The notes below the pieces were generated by a model. That model made no database searches. It saw only the letters and a list, made by a program, of their open reading frames with translations, and was not told the origin of the DNA. Positions 1 to 9,185 of a DNA stretch of 64,000 bases are shown one piece after another; position 1 is the first letter of the stretch, and each line of letters starts with the position of its first letter. The position numbers and the translations under genes were made by a program. Source of the stretch: a virus; IMG/VR virus record IMGVR_UViG_3300045988_179760; one strand, 5' to 3'.

Positions 1-422
1 AGAATGATACTGATTTCCCCGACGGAAGTCCGTTGGATGAACTGCACAACGCCACGAACGGTCATGGAACGCCGACTCAATGTTACCTTGTCGCCAAGAT
101 GCAATCGTTCTCCGACGAGATAATCATCCAATTTGGTCACTAGTTCAGCGCCGGTTTCGATGAACGGGTGGAAACTGTTCATCGGGTTCCGCAGGAAGCT
201 TCCTACCTTGTATTGCCAGTCGCGTTCTGCCTCGTGCAGTGTTGCGAATCCGTTTCCTCCAGTCGTTTGCAATCCGTGTTCATCCAGACATAGGTGGGAG
301 TATTCCCAGCCTTTAGGTCGGTAGAGTAGGTACCCGTCCCACATTCCGCACATTTCGTTTTTGGCCTGATATCTGAATTTCGGGGTTCCACTGCAACATG
401 GGCAGGTGAGCAGATTCTTCAC
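1..422 (-). CDS. Zn-ribbon protein (CxxC...C, possibly Lar-like restriction alleviation), partial; its 3' end lies beyond the window start
   Basis: Open minus-strand frame with no stop from GTG at 422 to position 1. The GTG overlaps the upstream stop as GTGA. Translation VKNLLTCPCCSGTPKF...CGMWDGYLLYRPKGWEY. Not in the ORF track because it has no in-window stop. Confidence 0.4.
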   Translation of the reverse strand, partial: MKNLLTCPCCSGTPKFRYQAKNEMCGMWDGYLLYRPKGWEYSHLCLDEHGLQTTGGNGFATLHEAERDWQYKVGSFLRNPMNSFHPFIETGAELVTKLDDYLVGERLHLGDKVTLSRRSMTVRGVVQFIQRTSVGEISII

Positions 423-673
423 GACTGTTCCTCTCTGGTTTCCAGCAGTTTGTCCAGTTTTTCTTCGATGCTTTCCAACCGCAGTCGCAACGCTTGCTGA
501 TTTTCGTAGATAGCCGCAACCTCGCCAGAAACCGCATAGCTTTTGTCGCCATACATGTCGTGCTTGTTGTCGGCTTGTTTCTCAAGCTTCGCTATCTCCC
601 GCTCCCGTTGCGACGGCTTGCGTGATTTCAGATAGTCCCTGCATTCGGGATTGAACATGTCCTCATACCCCAT
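419..673 (-). CDS. hypothetical coiled-coil protein (84 aa)
   Basis: ORF track. Charged heptad-like sequence, co-directional and translationally coupled with neighbours. Confidence 0.5.
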   Translation of the reverse strand: MGYEDMFNPECRDYLKSRKPSQREREIAKLEKQADNKHDMYGDKSYAVSGEVAAIYENQQALRLRLESIEEKLDKLLETREEQS

Positions 674-1258
674 TCAGCGTCCAAACTCCTCTCTACGCAT
701 AGCCTCATACAGCATGTTCTCCTGAGTCGCGTCAGACAAGGCACGATGCTCCTCCACGTCACCGATACCATAGTCGCGGATAAGCACGGCAACCTTATGG
801 CTCGGCTTTTCGGGATGGATTTTCCGACTCATTTCCAACGTGTCCACGAACCGGTGCGGGAAGAAGAACATTCCACCGTTCACGGTTTTCATGGCCGCGT
901 CCAAGAAACTCAAATCGAATGACGCGTTATGCGCCATGATGATGGTTCGCGGGCCAATCCACTTGTCGAATCGGATGATGGCTTGGCTTACGTCGGGTTG
1001 TCCGACGACCATACTGTCGTTGATTCCGGTGAGCGAGGTGATGTATTCGGGGATTGGCTGGTGTGGGTCAATCAGTTGCTCGTATCGGTCTACGAGTTTT
1101 CCGTCATGGATTTTCACGGCTCCGATTTCAATGAGTTTAGCCCCGTTTTCAGGTTTGAAACCGGTGGTTTCGGTATCCAAGACCACGTAATCGTAGAGTG
1201 GTGTTTTCATTGGGTCGATTCTTCTGGGGTCTCGACTTTGGTATTTGTCCCAGCTCAT
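674..1258 (-). CDS. DnaQ-like 3'-5' exonuclease (DEDD family)
   Basis: Exo I motif VVLDTETTGF, plus the ...HNASFDLSFL and ...HRALSDA motifs typical of the DNA Pol III epsilon/DEDDh exonuclease fold. Confidence 0.75.
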   Translation of the reverse strand: MSWDKYQSRDPRRIDPMKTPLYDYVVLDTETTGFKPENGAKLIEIGAVKIHDGKLVDRYEQLIDPHQPIPEYITSLTGINDSMVVGQPDVSQAIIRFDKWIGPRTIIMAHNASFDLSFLDAAMKTVNGGMFFFPHRFVDTLEMSRKIHPEKPSHKVAVLIRDYGIGDVEEHRALSDATQENMLYEAMRREEFGR

Positions 1259-1285
1259 GGTGTGGTCTCCTCGGGTAATTGAATG

Positions 1286-1304
1286 TGTGGACGTTTCTAG
1301 TATA
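1286..1304 (-). promoter_or_regulatory. degenerate copy of the conserved promoter-like motif (tgtggacgtttctagtata)
   Basis: Matches the TATACTnGAAnnGTCCACA variant consensus, upstream of the exonuclease gene start. Confidence 0.4.
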
Positions 1305-1308
1305 ACGC

Positions 1309-1579
1309 CTATTTGGTGATGGCCTTGACACGCCCGTCCAGAACCGTTCTCACGACATCCTCGAAGTCCGTGCCGTCAGGCAATAGGTGGGAGTCTTGGA
1401 GGGTTCCGATAATCTTCAACAGTTCCGTATGCCCGTGCGGAGTGCGCTTATAGTCGCGGGTCGCACCCGCCTTGTATGCGCGACGCAACTGCAACGCCAA
1501 CTGCTCCCGTGTGAGCGTGATGAAGTCTCCTTCCTCGATGGGATACCGTTCTTCCAGTTCTTCGTTGAGAATGCTCATT
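1309..1579 (-). CDS. hypothetical protein (start probably MSILNEELEE)
   Basis: ORF 1309..1623. An internal Met with an AAAGGAAAAA RBS avoids overlap with the upstream gene. Confidence 0.5.
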
Positions 1580-1603
1580 TTTTTGTTTTTCCTTTCTGTT
1601 TTT

Positions 1604-1999
1604 TCAGACGTACATTCCCTCATGCCAGCCGTGTAGCAAACCCCATTCGGATAGTTTCCGGAACCATTTCTCGCATTCGTCAGCCACCTTGTTGGGATAA
1701 TCCAACGTCGGGTTCACGTTGAGTAAATACTGGTAGTCGTAGGGTTGGCAGAAGTTCTCGTCCAACACGTCAATCTGCCAGTCGCTACCGTCCTTGGCAA
1801 TCTCGACATTCAATGTCATGTCATGGTCGGGGGAGACTGAACGGCAGAGGTACCAATACCCCTCACGGTGGTCGGTGAACCCCAGTCGGCGCATGGTCGA
1901 ATCTTCGGCGGAACTCATGCTAAGCGCCGCATTGTTCTGATGCTTCGTGTAGGTGACGCCTATGGTCGAGAATCGAGGCGTGTTCTGATTGTCGGACAT
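1604..1999 (-). CDS. hypothetical protein (131 aa)
   Basis: ORF track. RBS AGGAGAGAAC precedes the ATG. Confidence 0.55.
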   Translation of the reverse strand: MSDNQNTPRFSTIGVTYTKHQNNAALSMSSAEDSTMRRLGFTDHREGYWYLCRSVSPDHDMTLNVEIAKDGSDWQIDVLDENFCQPYDYQYLLNVNPTLDYPNKVADECEKWFRKLSEWGLLHGWHEGMYV

Positions 2000-2007
2000 G
2001 TTCTCTC

Positions 2008-2366
2008 CTATTCTTCGCTTTCGCGCAAGTCGATTACCGGAATATGGGTATCGGCGGAATAGTGGACGGAATAAGGGTCGATTGTCCTATGCCGCCAACT
2101 GACACCACCTTCCACCGGCCAAGCCAACCAGCTTATGCCGTCCAAATAGTTCAGAATGCTGACGTGAGCAATCCAACGGCACCATCTTGCCGGGCATATC
2201 ACGTCGAACATGGGAGTATCCTCGGTTCCCGGTCGGCAGGAATGCCGTTGCCAAGAACGAAGGCATACGCGGTAGAGCGCATAGGAGTCATATGTTGGCA
2301 GTTCCTTGGTGTCGAATACCGCGCGAGTTGGGTGGTCATCGAAGAGGATTCGTTTGCCGAATTTAG
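2008..2366 (-). CDS. hypothetical Cys/Trp-rich protein, probable TTG start
   Basis: The 2008..2571 ORF reads through the promoter motif at 2416-2434. A TTG lies 6 nt after an AAAGGAGGA RBS at 2366. Confidence 0.4.
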
Positions 2367-2415
2367 TTGCTTGATTCAATGCGTCCTCCTTTTTGGGTTT
2401 TGTCTTTGTTTTTGT

Positions 2416-2434
2416 TGTGAACAATCCCACTATA
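2416..2434 (-). promoter_or_regulatory. conserved promoter-like motif copy (tgtgaacaatcccactata)
   Basis: Direct sequence match to the repeated motif, positioned between the GNAT stop and the next gene start. Confidence 0.6.
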
Positions 2435-2467
2435 ACACAAGGGGGTAGAAAAACGCAACACGCAAAC

Positions 2468-2923
2468 CTAAGCCAGCGTCCCGTTAAAAAAGAACTCCCT
2501 CTTCCCAACCCGATACAAACCCACACGAGAGACGGACAGACGAAAATCAAAACGACGGAAGAAACCCTCATACATCGGCAACAACTCTTCCGGCACTGTC
2601 ACCAGAGGGAACCGTTCATCCAGCGATTTCAATGCATATTCGACCAGCGTGGAACCAACCCCTCGACTCCGAAAACCCTCGTAGACATACAAAGTGCAAA
2701 TCTTCCGTTCAGACGGATTTCTCTTGAGAACGCAAAACCCCGCCAACTCACCGTCTATATAGGCTAAAAGAATCACACGGTCTTCCCCCAATGAGGGGAG
2801 AACCGTGCGGTCGAACCAAATATCGAAGCCGGGATAATACGTTCGGATTGTCCCCGGAATGGGAATAGAAGCCGCAGTGCCAGCGTCCCGAACTACACTA
2901 ATCCTCAACGAACTCGAACACAT
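2468..2923 (-). CDS. GNAT family N-acetyltransferase
   Basis: Acetyl-CoA binding-like motif ...LYVYEGFRSRGVGSTLVEYAL..., 151 aa. Confidence 0.7.
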   Translation of the reverse strand: MCSSSLRISVVRDAGTAASIPIPGTIRTYYPGFDIWFDRTVLPSLGEDRVILLAYIDGELAGFCVLKRNPSERKICTLYVYEGFRSRGVGSTLVEYALKSLDERFPLVTVPEELLPMYEGFFRRFDFRLSVSRVGLYRVGKREFFFNGTLA

Positions 2924-3143
2924 GAAAATCCGTCACACGCTCGACGTTGACATGACTCGTATCATCCGGCCAAATATATAAGACCGGCATGTAACCGGAC
3001 AGTTCACGAACTGCGAGATTGCTGAAACCGTCCAAGTAGAGGGTTCCGGCCATGGGTTTGCCGTTCCATTTGAATATCGCGGACTTGCCTTCGAATTCTT
3101 TCCAGTTGATTCCGTCTTGATAGGGAAGTTCTTTTAAGGCCAT
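2898..3143 (-). CDS. hypothetical protein (81 aa)
   Basis: ORF with an AAGGAAAA RBS. A degenerate motif copy lies upstream. Confidence 0.5.
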   Translation of the reverse strand: MALKELPYQDGINWKEFEGKSAIFKWNGKPMAGTLYLDGFSNLAVRELSGYMPVLYIWPDDTSHVNVERVTDFHVFEFVED

Positions 3144-3160
3144 TGGTTTTCCTTTTTTGG

Positions 3161-3179
3161 TGTGGGCTATCTCACTCTA
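3161..3179 (-). promoter_or_regulatory. degenerate copy of the conserved motif (tgtgggctatctcactcta)
   Basis: Partial match to the CACTATAACACA subfamily of the motif. Confidence 0.3.
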
Positions 3180-3224
3180 ACACAACAGGGGTAATGCAAA
3201 GAACGAAAAACCACCTTCCCACAC

Positions 3225-3440
3225 TTAGAATTCCGGCTCCTCAACATTCAACAACACCAGTTTCGGACGGCGGCGCAGAATCCTGCAATCCTCTGCCCAC
3301 GCGTCCAAAATTTCGCAAGCCAATACGGGTGCTTCCGGAGCCAGAGTAGGCATGGTGTTCAGAATCGACTGGACGGAGTCTAAGTCTGCGAAGGGAAGTT
3401 CCGTCGCATTATTGGCTGCATCCAAAAGATAGTGGGGCAT
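3225..3440 (-). CDS. hypothetical protein (start at MPHYLLD with GGAAGGAG RBS)
   Basis: ORF 3225..3500. The internal Met at 3440 has a strong RBS, whereas the upstream Met has none. Confidence 0.5.
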   Translation of the reverse strand: MPHYLLDAANNATELPFADLDSVQSILNTMPTLAPEAPVLACEILDAWAEDCRILRRRPKLVLLNVEEPEF

Positions 3441-3593
3441 TCGTGCTCCTTCCAAAAATTGAAAAGAAAAAGCCTGTGGGCAACGATTTTCCACAGGCAT
3501 TCTTAGCTTATTATTCGATTTCGCGAGGCTTCAGAACTTTGTCTGAAACACCAGCGCAATCGCGCTCAATAATAGACTTTTTTTACCGACTTT

Positions 3594-3756
3594 TATTCGT
3601 CGCACAAGTCGGTGTTGCGTCTGCCATATTCGTTTCGTTTCTTGGCTTGCGGATTCCAAGCGCTACCTGCATCCCATTCGATGTGAGTGGAACGGTTTTC
3701 CCTGTGAGTGTTGTTCTTGTTGGCATTGCCGGTGTTAATCCAGTCGTGGTTGCTCA
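3594..3756 (-). CDS. small hypothetical protein (54 aa, MSNHDWINTGNANKNN...)
   Basis: Hand-translated minus-strand ORF filling the 3.5-3.77 kb gap. Below the track size cut-off. Confidence 0.3.
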
Positions 3757-3769
3757 TTTTTTTCTACTT

Positions 3770-4144
3770 TCAGTAGCAGTCATCGCACCAACCGGTGTCC
3801 CCGCACGGATTCTCGTTTTCGTCGGTTAGCAGACAACCGCAACCGCTGCAATACATGTTGTCCGGATTGTCGGACGAAGCGAAAGAACCTTCCCTGACAA
3901 TGTTACCAGCCAAGTCGGTGATGGTGTAGATTGCCCGAGTGTCGGCTTCCGGTGCGGGATAGCCGGACATGCCTAGAATCCTGTTGTACACGTTCGTCAG
4001 TAGAGTGCGAACGTTTCCCACCTGACGAGTCCCATTCAGAATGGGAGCCGTCAAATGGTCGAAGAATCCTACCGTCGTATCCCAAGAATGCTGACCTTCG
4101 TGGATTTCAATTTCCAGCTTTTCCTTGCCGTCCGTGAATCGCAT
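3770..4144 (-). CDS. hypothetical Cys-rich protein (C-terminal CSGCGC...CGDTGWCDDCY)
   Basis: ORF track. Cys cluster suggests metal binding. Confidence 0.5.
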   Translation of the reverse strand: MRFTDGKEKLEIEIHEGQHSWDTTVGFFDHLTAPILNGTRQVGNVRTLLTNVYNRILGMSGYPAPEADTRAIYTITDLAGNIVREGSFASSDNPDNMYCSGCGCLLTDENENPCGDTGWCDDCY

Positions 4145-4154
4145 TTTCGTTTTT

Positions 4155-4517
4155 CTACAATTCCCTCATGGCCTTGTCTAAATCGGACACAATCGCGTCA
4201 TACAGTCCGTCAACATCCAACGATTCCAGCTTGTGCGACGGCAAATCCACGGGAGTGTATTCCCCGTCGTCGAAAGTCCAATGCTCGACCGAAACCGTGT
4301 ATACTCCTCCACTCCAACGGTAGGAACGTCTGCCGTTATGTTGCGAGTCTGCCACAAGATAGTATTCGAACATCTTGCCCATGTATGGGCATTGGAATGC
4401 GACTTCGATTCCGTCTCCGAAGATGGCGTGGGTGGCGTGTGCGCCGGTCACGTATGGGATTTTGACAAGCTTGTCAATGAGTTTCCGATAGGTGTCTTCG
4501 CTGATTTTCGAGTACAT
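4155..4517 (-). CDS. hypothetical protein (120 aa)
   Basis: ORF track. Lies 10 nt upstream of the next gene (coupled). Confidence 0.5.
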   Translation of the reverse strand: MYSKISEDTYRKLIDKLVKIPYVTGAHATHAIFGDGIEVAFQCPYMGKMFEYYLVADSQHNGRRSYRWSGGVYTVSVEHWTFDDGEYTPVDLPSHKLESLDVDGLYDAIVSDLDKAMREL

Positions 4518-4580
4518 TCTGATTGTCCTTTTTTCGTGTGGTCGGTTTTGTGTGGTTGGGGTTTTTGTGGCGATTGTTTT

Positions 4581-4838
4581 TCAGCAACAGTATTCGTTGA
4601 CTGCGTTGACGAGTTCAGCCATGCTCATGCCGTACACGTCGCTGTGGTGGGCGTAGATGTCTTTTGCGAAGAGTCTGTTTTGCATGACGTCGCGGGCTTC
4701 GGCGCTTTGTGCGAGTTTTACGCTTTCGGGGAATGTGCCTGTGGGGTTGTCATTGATTTGTTTGGCGTATTCGATGGCTTGGGCTTTGGGCATTTTCCTT
4801 ACGTTCATTGCGCCGCCGATGTAGTGGATTGCGTACAT
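4581..4838 (-). CDS. hypothetical protein (start MYAIHYIGG)
   Basis: The ORF 4581..4967 N-terminus is the translated promoter motif. The internal Met lies downstream of the motif. Confidence 0.5.
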   Translation of the reverse strand: MYAIHYIGGAMNVRKMPKAQAIEYAKQINDNPTGTFPESVKLAQSAEARDVMQNRLFAKDIYAHHSDVYGMSMAELVNAVNEYCC

Positions 4839-4871
4839 GTTATGTGCTCCTTTTTGCCTATCGCTCTTTGT

Positions 4872-4890
4872 GTGAACAATTCCACTATAG
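4872..4890 (-). promoter_or_regulatory. conserved promoter-like motif copy (tgtgaacaattccactata)
   Basis: Direct match. Confidence 0.6.
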
Positions 4891-4970
4891 CACACTTGAG
4901 AGAAACCGCAAAACCCCAAAAAACAAAAGCAGGACACCAAAACAGCATCCCGCCTCCCCTCCATCAAACC

Positions 4971-5936
4971 TCAATCGGACAAACCGGCACGGGCACGCAT
5001 CTTGCGTTTAATCTCGCTACCCTTGGCAAACAAGCGCTCCATACGGGCCACGGTCTGCAACGCCTTCTTATACTCCTCCAATCGAGAAGAGATTTGCCAA
5101 TTACGAGGTTCCGCCAACGACTCCTCAATCAGAGAATCGGGAACATCCCACATAAAGGACATAATCCAACGGCGGTTTTCCCCGCCCATGCGACGCCACA
5201 AGCGCACGGCACGCTTACCTTTGACCCATTCCGGATTATTAAACAAGACTTGGATGGCGGATTCGTCGGAGAGGGAGTCCAGCAATGGGTCTATGTCCGT
5301 TTCTTCCGCCAATGGTGCCGATAGGGCGCGAATGGTTTCGTCTTCGCTTTTTACCCAATGCTCGAAGCAGAGCCTATCGGCCAGCTTGTTTTCCACCATG
5401 TAGCGGATAACGTCGTAATCCGTCTCCTCCCAGTACATGCTTGCAACGGTATGCTTTGCGGCGAGCTTGCGTAGTTCGGGGTCTTTGTCCTTGGCGAGAC
5501 CAATCGCGGTCTTATAGTTAAGCTTTCCCTTGTATTCCAAATAGTCGGCCACTTTGCGGCGAACGTCACGACTCCGGTCTTTCAACACGGTTTCACGCAG
5601 TCCGTCGTATATTTTTCCGTCCTCGATTTTCATGTTGTACTTCAACTTGCAGTTGATGTAGTAGTGACGGAATGGTAGGGGGAGCAGAAATATTCTTCCA
5701 CTCCGGTAGATGTTCTTGATGCTTTCCAGCAGGTCGATTCCCTTGTTGGTAAGCTTCCAACGGTCGTGTTCCTTGGTCAGTTCGATTAGGTTGGCTTCCT
5801 TGATTTTGTCTAAGGGCTTCTGGTCGATGTATGCGCTCAGTCGTTGCGAGTGGGTTTCGTTGTCGAAGTCCTCGAAGTAGTAGACGAGGTTGGCGTTCCA
5901 CTTTTTGGTGAGAGTTTTGATTTCGTTGTTGTCCAT
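4971..5936 (-). CDS. HEAT/ARM-like repeat protein (paralog A)
   Basis: 321 aa. Alignable along its length with the 6385..7326 protein (NYYF, ...IRLxAAKN..., ...EYxxAxxxVxxxxxxF...). Confidence 0.6.
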   Translation of the reverse strand: MDNNEIKTLTKKWNANLVYYFEDFDNETHSQRLSAYIDQKPLDKIKEANLIELTKEHDRWKLTNKGIDLLESIKNIYRSGRIFLLPLPFRHYYINCKLKYNMKIEDGKIYDGLRETVLKDRSRDVRRKVADYLEYKGKLNYKTAIGLAKDKDPELRKLAAKHTVASMYWEETDYDVIRYMVENKLADRLCFEHWVKSEDETIRALSAPLAEETDIDPLLDSLSDESAIQVLFNNPEWVKGKRAVRLWRRMGGENRRWIMSFMWDVPDSLIEESLAEPRNWQISSRLEEYKKALQTVARMERLFAKGSEIKRKMRARAGLSD

Positions 5937-5962
5937 GGTTTCTCCTTTTCTGGTATATCTTG

Positions 5963-5981
5963 TGTGAACAATTCCAGTATA
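5963..5981 (-). promoter_or_regulatory. conserved promoter-like motif copy (tgtgaacaattccagtata)
   Basis: Direct match 20 nt upstream of the 5936 start region. Confidence 0.65.
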
Positions 5982-6145
5982 TCATATTTAAGAGAAAGCG
6001 CAAAAGCGCAAAAAACAAAAAGCCGTGCAAATACAAAAAGCATTCACATGACTCGGAAATTTTTCCCACTATTAGTTAGTCAAAGTCCGACGGTTCACCA
6101 TTGACGTAGTTTAAAAACTGGTCGAAGGCATATTGCGCGGTATCT

Positions 6146-6373
6146 TCATAACGGCATGGCTTCGGCTGTGCGTTCTTTTTCCTGCTCTTTCTGCTCTATC
6201 AACTGGTCTATTTGGCTTTGCTCATTGCGGTGCTGCCATGAAAGTGGTTCGTTGCCTTGGGCTAGGTTCTCATACACCGTGTATTCGTGCCCGCGATAGC
6301 TGTAGACAAGATAGACCATATGTGCGTCGTATCCGTGCCCGTAGTATTTTCTGATAAATGTCGCTTTTCGCAT
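6146..6373 (-). CDS. hypothetical protein (start MRKATFIRKYYGHGYD)
   Basis: ORF 6146..6415. The internal Met avoids overlap with the upstream gene. Confidence 0.4.
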   Translation of the reverse strand: MRKATFIRKYYGHGYDAHMVYLVYSYRGHEYTVYENLAQGNEPLSWQHRNEQSQIDQLIEQKEQEKERTAEAMPL

Positions 6374-6384
6374 TGCTATCCCTT

Positions 6385-7326
6385 TCAACCAATCTCGCGC
6401 TCGGCACGCTCCCAAATCTTCCGGCGAATCTCACTGTCCTCGGAGAACATCGTACCCAACTCCAACACTTGACGGACAGCTTCTCGGTATTCCTCCAAAC
6501 GGTCATGCAAGGCCATGTACGCGTCGCTTTTGAACGCCTGATTGATGAATGAGTCCGGCATGTCGCGCATGACCTTGACCAGCCTGTAACGTCCCGCCTC
6601 GTCCGCGTTCTCCCAAGCGTTCATGACTCGTTCACGCGTGGCCCACTGCGGCTTGCAGGCCAGTACATGCGCCACATCCTGTGAGTCGAGGCGGGCCAAC
6701 ACTTCATCCACCTTGCCGTCTTCGGTCAGAAGAGCCGCCTGAACGCGAATCTGACTGTTGGGATTGTCCAGCCAATGTTCGACGCATTCCTCATCGAAAT
6801 TATGGTTATAGATAAGAGTCTTGACCACGCGCTCGTCCGACTCCTCGAAGAAGAGGTGAGGGTCTGCGTTCTTTGCCGCCATGAGTCGAATCTGATAATC
6901 CTCGTCGTGGGCCAAACCGTTCGACGTTTCCTTGTCGAGCTTGCTGAACTTGTTGAGCATTGTGGCCGCTTTCTTGCGAATCTCGGCGCTCCTGTCATGT
7001 AGGGCAACTTTGGATAGTTCCTTGACGGGTAGTTTCTTTTCGTCGTATACGCGCCAGTCGAAGTAGTAGTTACGGACTTTCAGGGGTAGTTCGGAGAGTT
7101 TGCCGGAGTTGAAATGCTGTCTGATGTTGGCGAGTTCGTCTTCGCCTGTTTGGGTGAGAGTCCAGTCGCCCGTCTCGTTTTCCTGAATGAGTCCGGCTTT
7201 GGCGAGTTTGGTGATGTCGCGGTCGGGGAATACTCGGCGTTCGGGTTCACGCTCGAATCGCATGAATTCGTAGACTGCGGTTTCGTTCCAGTTGATGTCG
7301 CTCATTTTTTGCTCCTTGGCTTCCAT
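6385..7326 (-). CDS. HEAT/ARM-like repeat protein (paralog B)
   Basis: The first 14 residues of ORF 6385..7368 are the translated motif. True start is MEAKEQKMSD. Paralog of the 4971..5936 protein. Confidence 0.6.
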   Translation of the reverse strand: MEAKEQKMSDINWNETAVYEFMRFEREPERRVFPDRDITKLAKAGLIQENETGDWTLTQTGEDELANIRQHFNSGKLSELPLKVRNYYFDWRVYDEKKLPVKELSKVALHDRSAEIRKKAATMLNKFSKLDKETSNGLAHDEDYQIRLMAAKNADPHLFFEESDERVVKTLIYNHNFDEECVEHWLDNPNSQIRVQAALLTEDGKVDEVLARLDSQDVAHVLACKPQWATRERVMNAWENADEAGRYRLVKVMRDMPDSFINQAFKSDAYMALHDRLEEYREAVRQVLELGTMFSEDSEIRRKIWERAEREIG

Positions 7327-7333
7327 ATTTTTG

Positions 7334-7352
7334 TGTGAACAATTCCAGTATA
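7334..7352 (-). promoter_or_regulatory. conserved promoter-like motif copy (tgtgaacaattccagtata)
   Basis: Direct match. Confidence 0.65.
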
Positions 7353-7431
7353 CAATTTGCTTGGACAAAACACGCTAAAAAACAAAAAAGCGGGAACTAC
7401 AGCAACAAGCCAATAATCCCCGCAAACCCAA

Positions 7432-7650
7432 TCAGCAGACGCTCGCGGAACCATCATCGCAAAGAGAGCATAACAGGCAACCGATGCCGTTAATATCCCT
7501 TGTCAGATGCACGCCCTTGGTGGAGCCGCACTCCTCACAACGAATGCCACTGCGCTTACGAGCGGTATTGGGAGTGCGGGAGAGGGCAGACCCACGACGG
7601 TAGGTTTCCTTCCTTGGCGTGCCTATGACGTATTCCACACCGTCCAACAC
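7432..7650 (-). CDS. small Cys-rich (Zn-ribbon-like) protein
   Basis: CEECGS...CLLCSLC motif, 72 aa. Confidence 0.4.
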   Translation of the reverse strand: MLDGVEYVIGTPRKETYRRGSALSRTPNTARKRSGIRCEECGSTKGVHLTRDINGIGCLLCSLCDDGSASVC

Positions 7651-7659
7651 GAACGGCTT

Positions 7660-7766
7660 GCTGACCTTGACGGTTTTGTTGCGTGTAAGCCCGGTATTTT
7701 AATGCCGGGTTTGCACGCTATGCGTGTTTTTTGTTGATTACTCAAGGTATATGGTATCATATTGGT
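7660..7766 (+). mobile_element. putative left end of the TnpB-only IS (IS1341-like) with subterminal hairpin CCCGGtattttaatGCCGGG
   Basis: Hairpin immediately upstream of the tnpB start, as in IS200/IS605 left ends. Confidence 0.4.
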
Positions 7767-9185
7767 ATGAGCCAAAAAGTACGAATCCTGAAAGTCCGGC
7801 ATGCGGGGTGCAGTGTGTTCCTCGGCTTGGACTCTTACGGGAATCGTATGTGGACTCGTAGTCCGGAACGTATCATGGACTGGTTGTGCGACGGGTGGAG
7901 AAGCCGGTACAACCAGCATAGGGCGCATCGTCCCCAGCGTAGGCTCGTGGAGGATGTCGAAACCCGTGAGCGTATTTGGGTGGACGTGCCTTTGGGCGGC
8001 GCGGATGTGAAGCCCGCAGTCAAGGACAGTCAGGCACGATTGGATTGTCTTTGGCTGGCGTGCATCCCCTCGCCTATCCTCTCCTCGTGCGAACGTGTCG
8101 AGAATACGGGATGGTTCGCCGGATTGAAACGAAAGAAGACCAGTGGTGGCCGGGTTCCGGGTTTCCGTTCCCGTCATAAGGCTCCTCAGTATTTCGTGTG
8201 CTGGCGTAACCAGTCGAAGACCGGTAACGCCTTGTATTATCGGACGGGCAAGCGTGCCGGTGTGGTCGTCATCACGGGCAGTGTGCCGAGACAGTATCGT
8301 CGTGAGGGTGAGAACGAGGCTCGTTGGCGTATCGCCATTCACGTGCGGGTGAGCCAACCCATTCGTGAATATACAAGTGTGGCGGTGAACTGGACGAACA
8401 GGACACTCGTGTTTACCAATAGTCCACTCCCTATCATCCGAACCGATACCGGTATGATGGTCGGTTTGGATAGGGGTTGCGTGCATACCCTCGCCACGTC
8501 GGATGGACTGTTCCTCGACATGCTGCAACCGTCGGCGAAGGAAGTGGACGAGTATAAGCGTCTGCAACGCAAGCTCGCCCGACAGGACAGGACGAACGAG
8601 AAACGTGGCGGCAGGAACGCCAAATTCGCGTCCAAAAGCCGCAAGCGTACTCTCCAAGCCATGCGGAGCATCCAACGTCGGATAGACAATCGCAAGGACG
8701 ATTGGATAGCCAAAACGACCACCATGCTCGTCCGGGAATACGATTTCATCGCCATGGAACGGTTGAACGTGAAAGCCATGAGCCGAAGCGTCCGACCGAA
8801 ACCAGACCCCGACAATCCGGGACATTATCTCCCCAATGGGCGGAAGAGGAAAAGCGGTTTGAACCGTAGCATCCTCGCCAACCGTTGGACTGACCTCCTG
8901 CATTGTCTCGAATACAAAGCCAAGCTTGCGGGAACCCGACTCGTTCAGGTACCCGCCTATGACACGTCACGCATTTGCAACGTCTGCGGATACTGCGACA
9001 AGAACAACCGTGAAAGCCAAGCGGAGTTCCACTGCCACAATTGCGGACATGAGGCGAACGCCGACGTGAACGCGGCCAAGAACATTCTCAACCGCGCTTT
9101 AGAACCGGAAGGCACGGACGATGCCTACGAGTGGAGACAACAAGCTTCCACACTGGTGAAAACCGATGGGAAGCAACGTCGATGA
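7731..9185 (+). CDS. tnpB: IS605/IS1341-family TnpB (OrfB) RNA-guided nuclease-like transposase accessory protein
   Basis: RuvC-I motif GLDRGCVHTLATSDG, a RuvC-II/III region, and a C-terminal zinc finger CNVCGYC...HCHNCGHEANADVNAAKNI. The start may be MSQKVRIL at 7767. Confidence 0.85.
   Translation: MLITQGIWYHIGMSQKVRILKVRHAGCSVFLGLDSYGNRMWTRSPERIMDWLCDGWRSRYNQHRAHRPQRRLVEDVETRERIWVDVPLGGADVKPAVKDSQARLDCLWLACIPSPILSSCERVENTGWFAGLKRKKTSGGRVPGFRSRHKAPQYFVCWRNQSKTGNALYYRTGKRAGVVVITGSVPRQYRREGENEARWRIAIHVRVSQPIREYTSVAVNWTNRTLVFTNSPLPIIRTDTGMMVGLDRGCVHTLATSDGLFLDMLQPSAKEVDEYKRLQRKLARQDRTNEKRGGRNAKFASKSRKRTLQAMRSIQRRIDNRKDDWIAKTTTMLVREYDFIAMERLNVKAMSRSVRPKPDPDNPGHYLPNGRKRKSGLNRSILANRWTDLLHCLEYKAKLAGTRLVQVPAYDTSRICNVCGYCDKNNRESQAEFHCHNCGHEANADVNAAKNILNRALEPEGTDDAYEWRQQASTLVKTDGKQRR

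Noticed and set aside
203-391. 62-aa minus ORF from the track
   Set aside because: A different frame from the long stop-free frame running 422 to beyond position 1. The longer frame encodes a coherent Zn-ribbon protein.
4233-5324. 363-aa plus-strand ORF
   Set aside because: Antisense to the HEAT-repeat gene and neighbours. It would break the uniform minus-strand, motif-promoted organisation. Compositionally odd (Val/Gly/Cys-rich).
7623-8903. 426-aa minus-strand ORF antisense to tnpB
   Set aside because: Lies entirely within the well-supported TnpB gene on the opposite strand. Ser/Arg/Pro/Thr-rich translation typical of GC-rich antisense frames, with no RBS or motifs.
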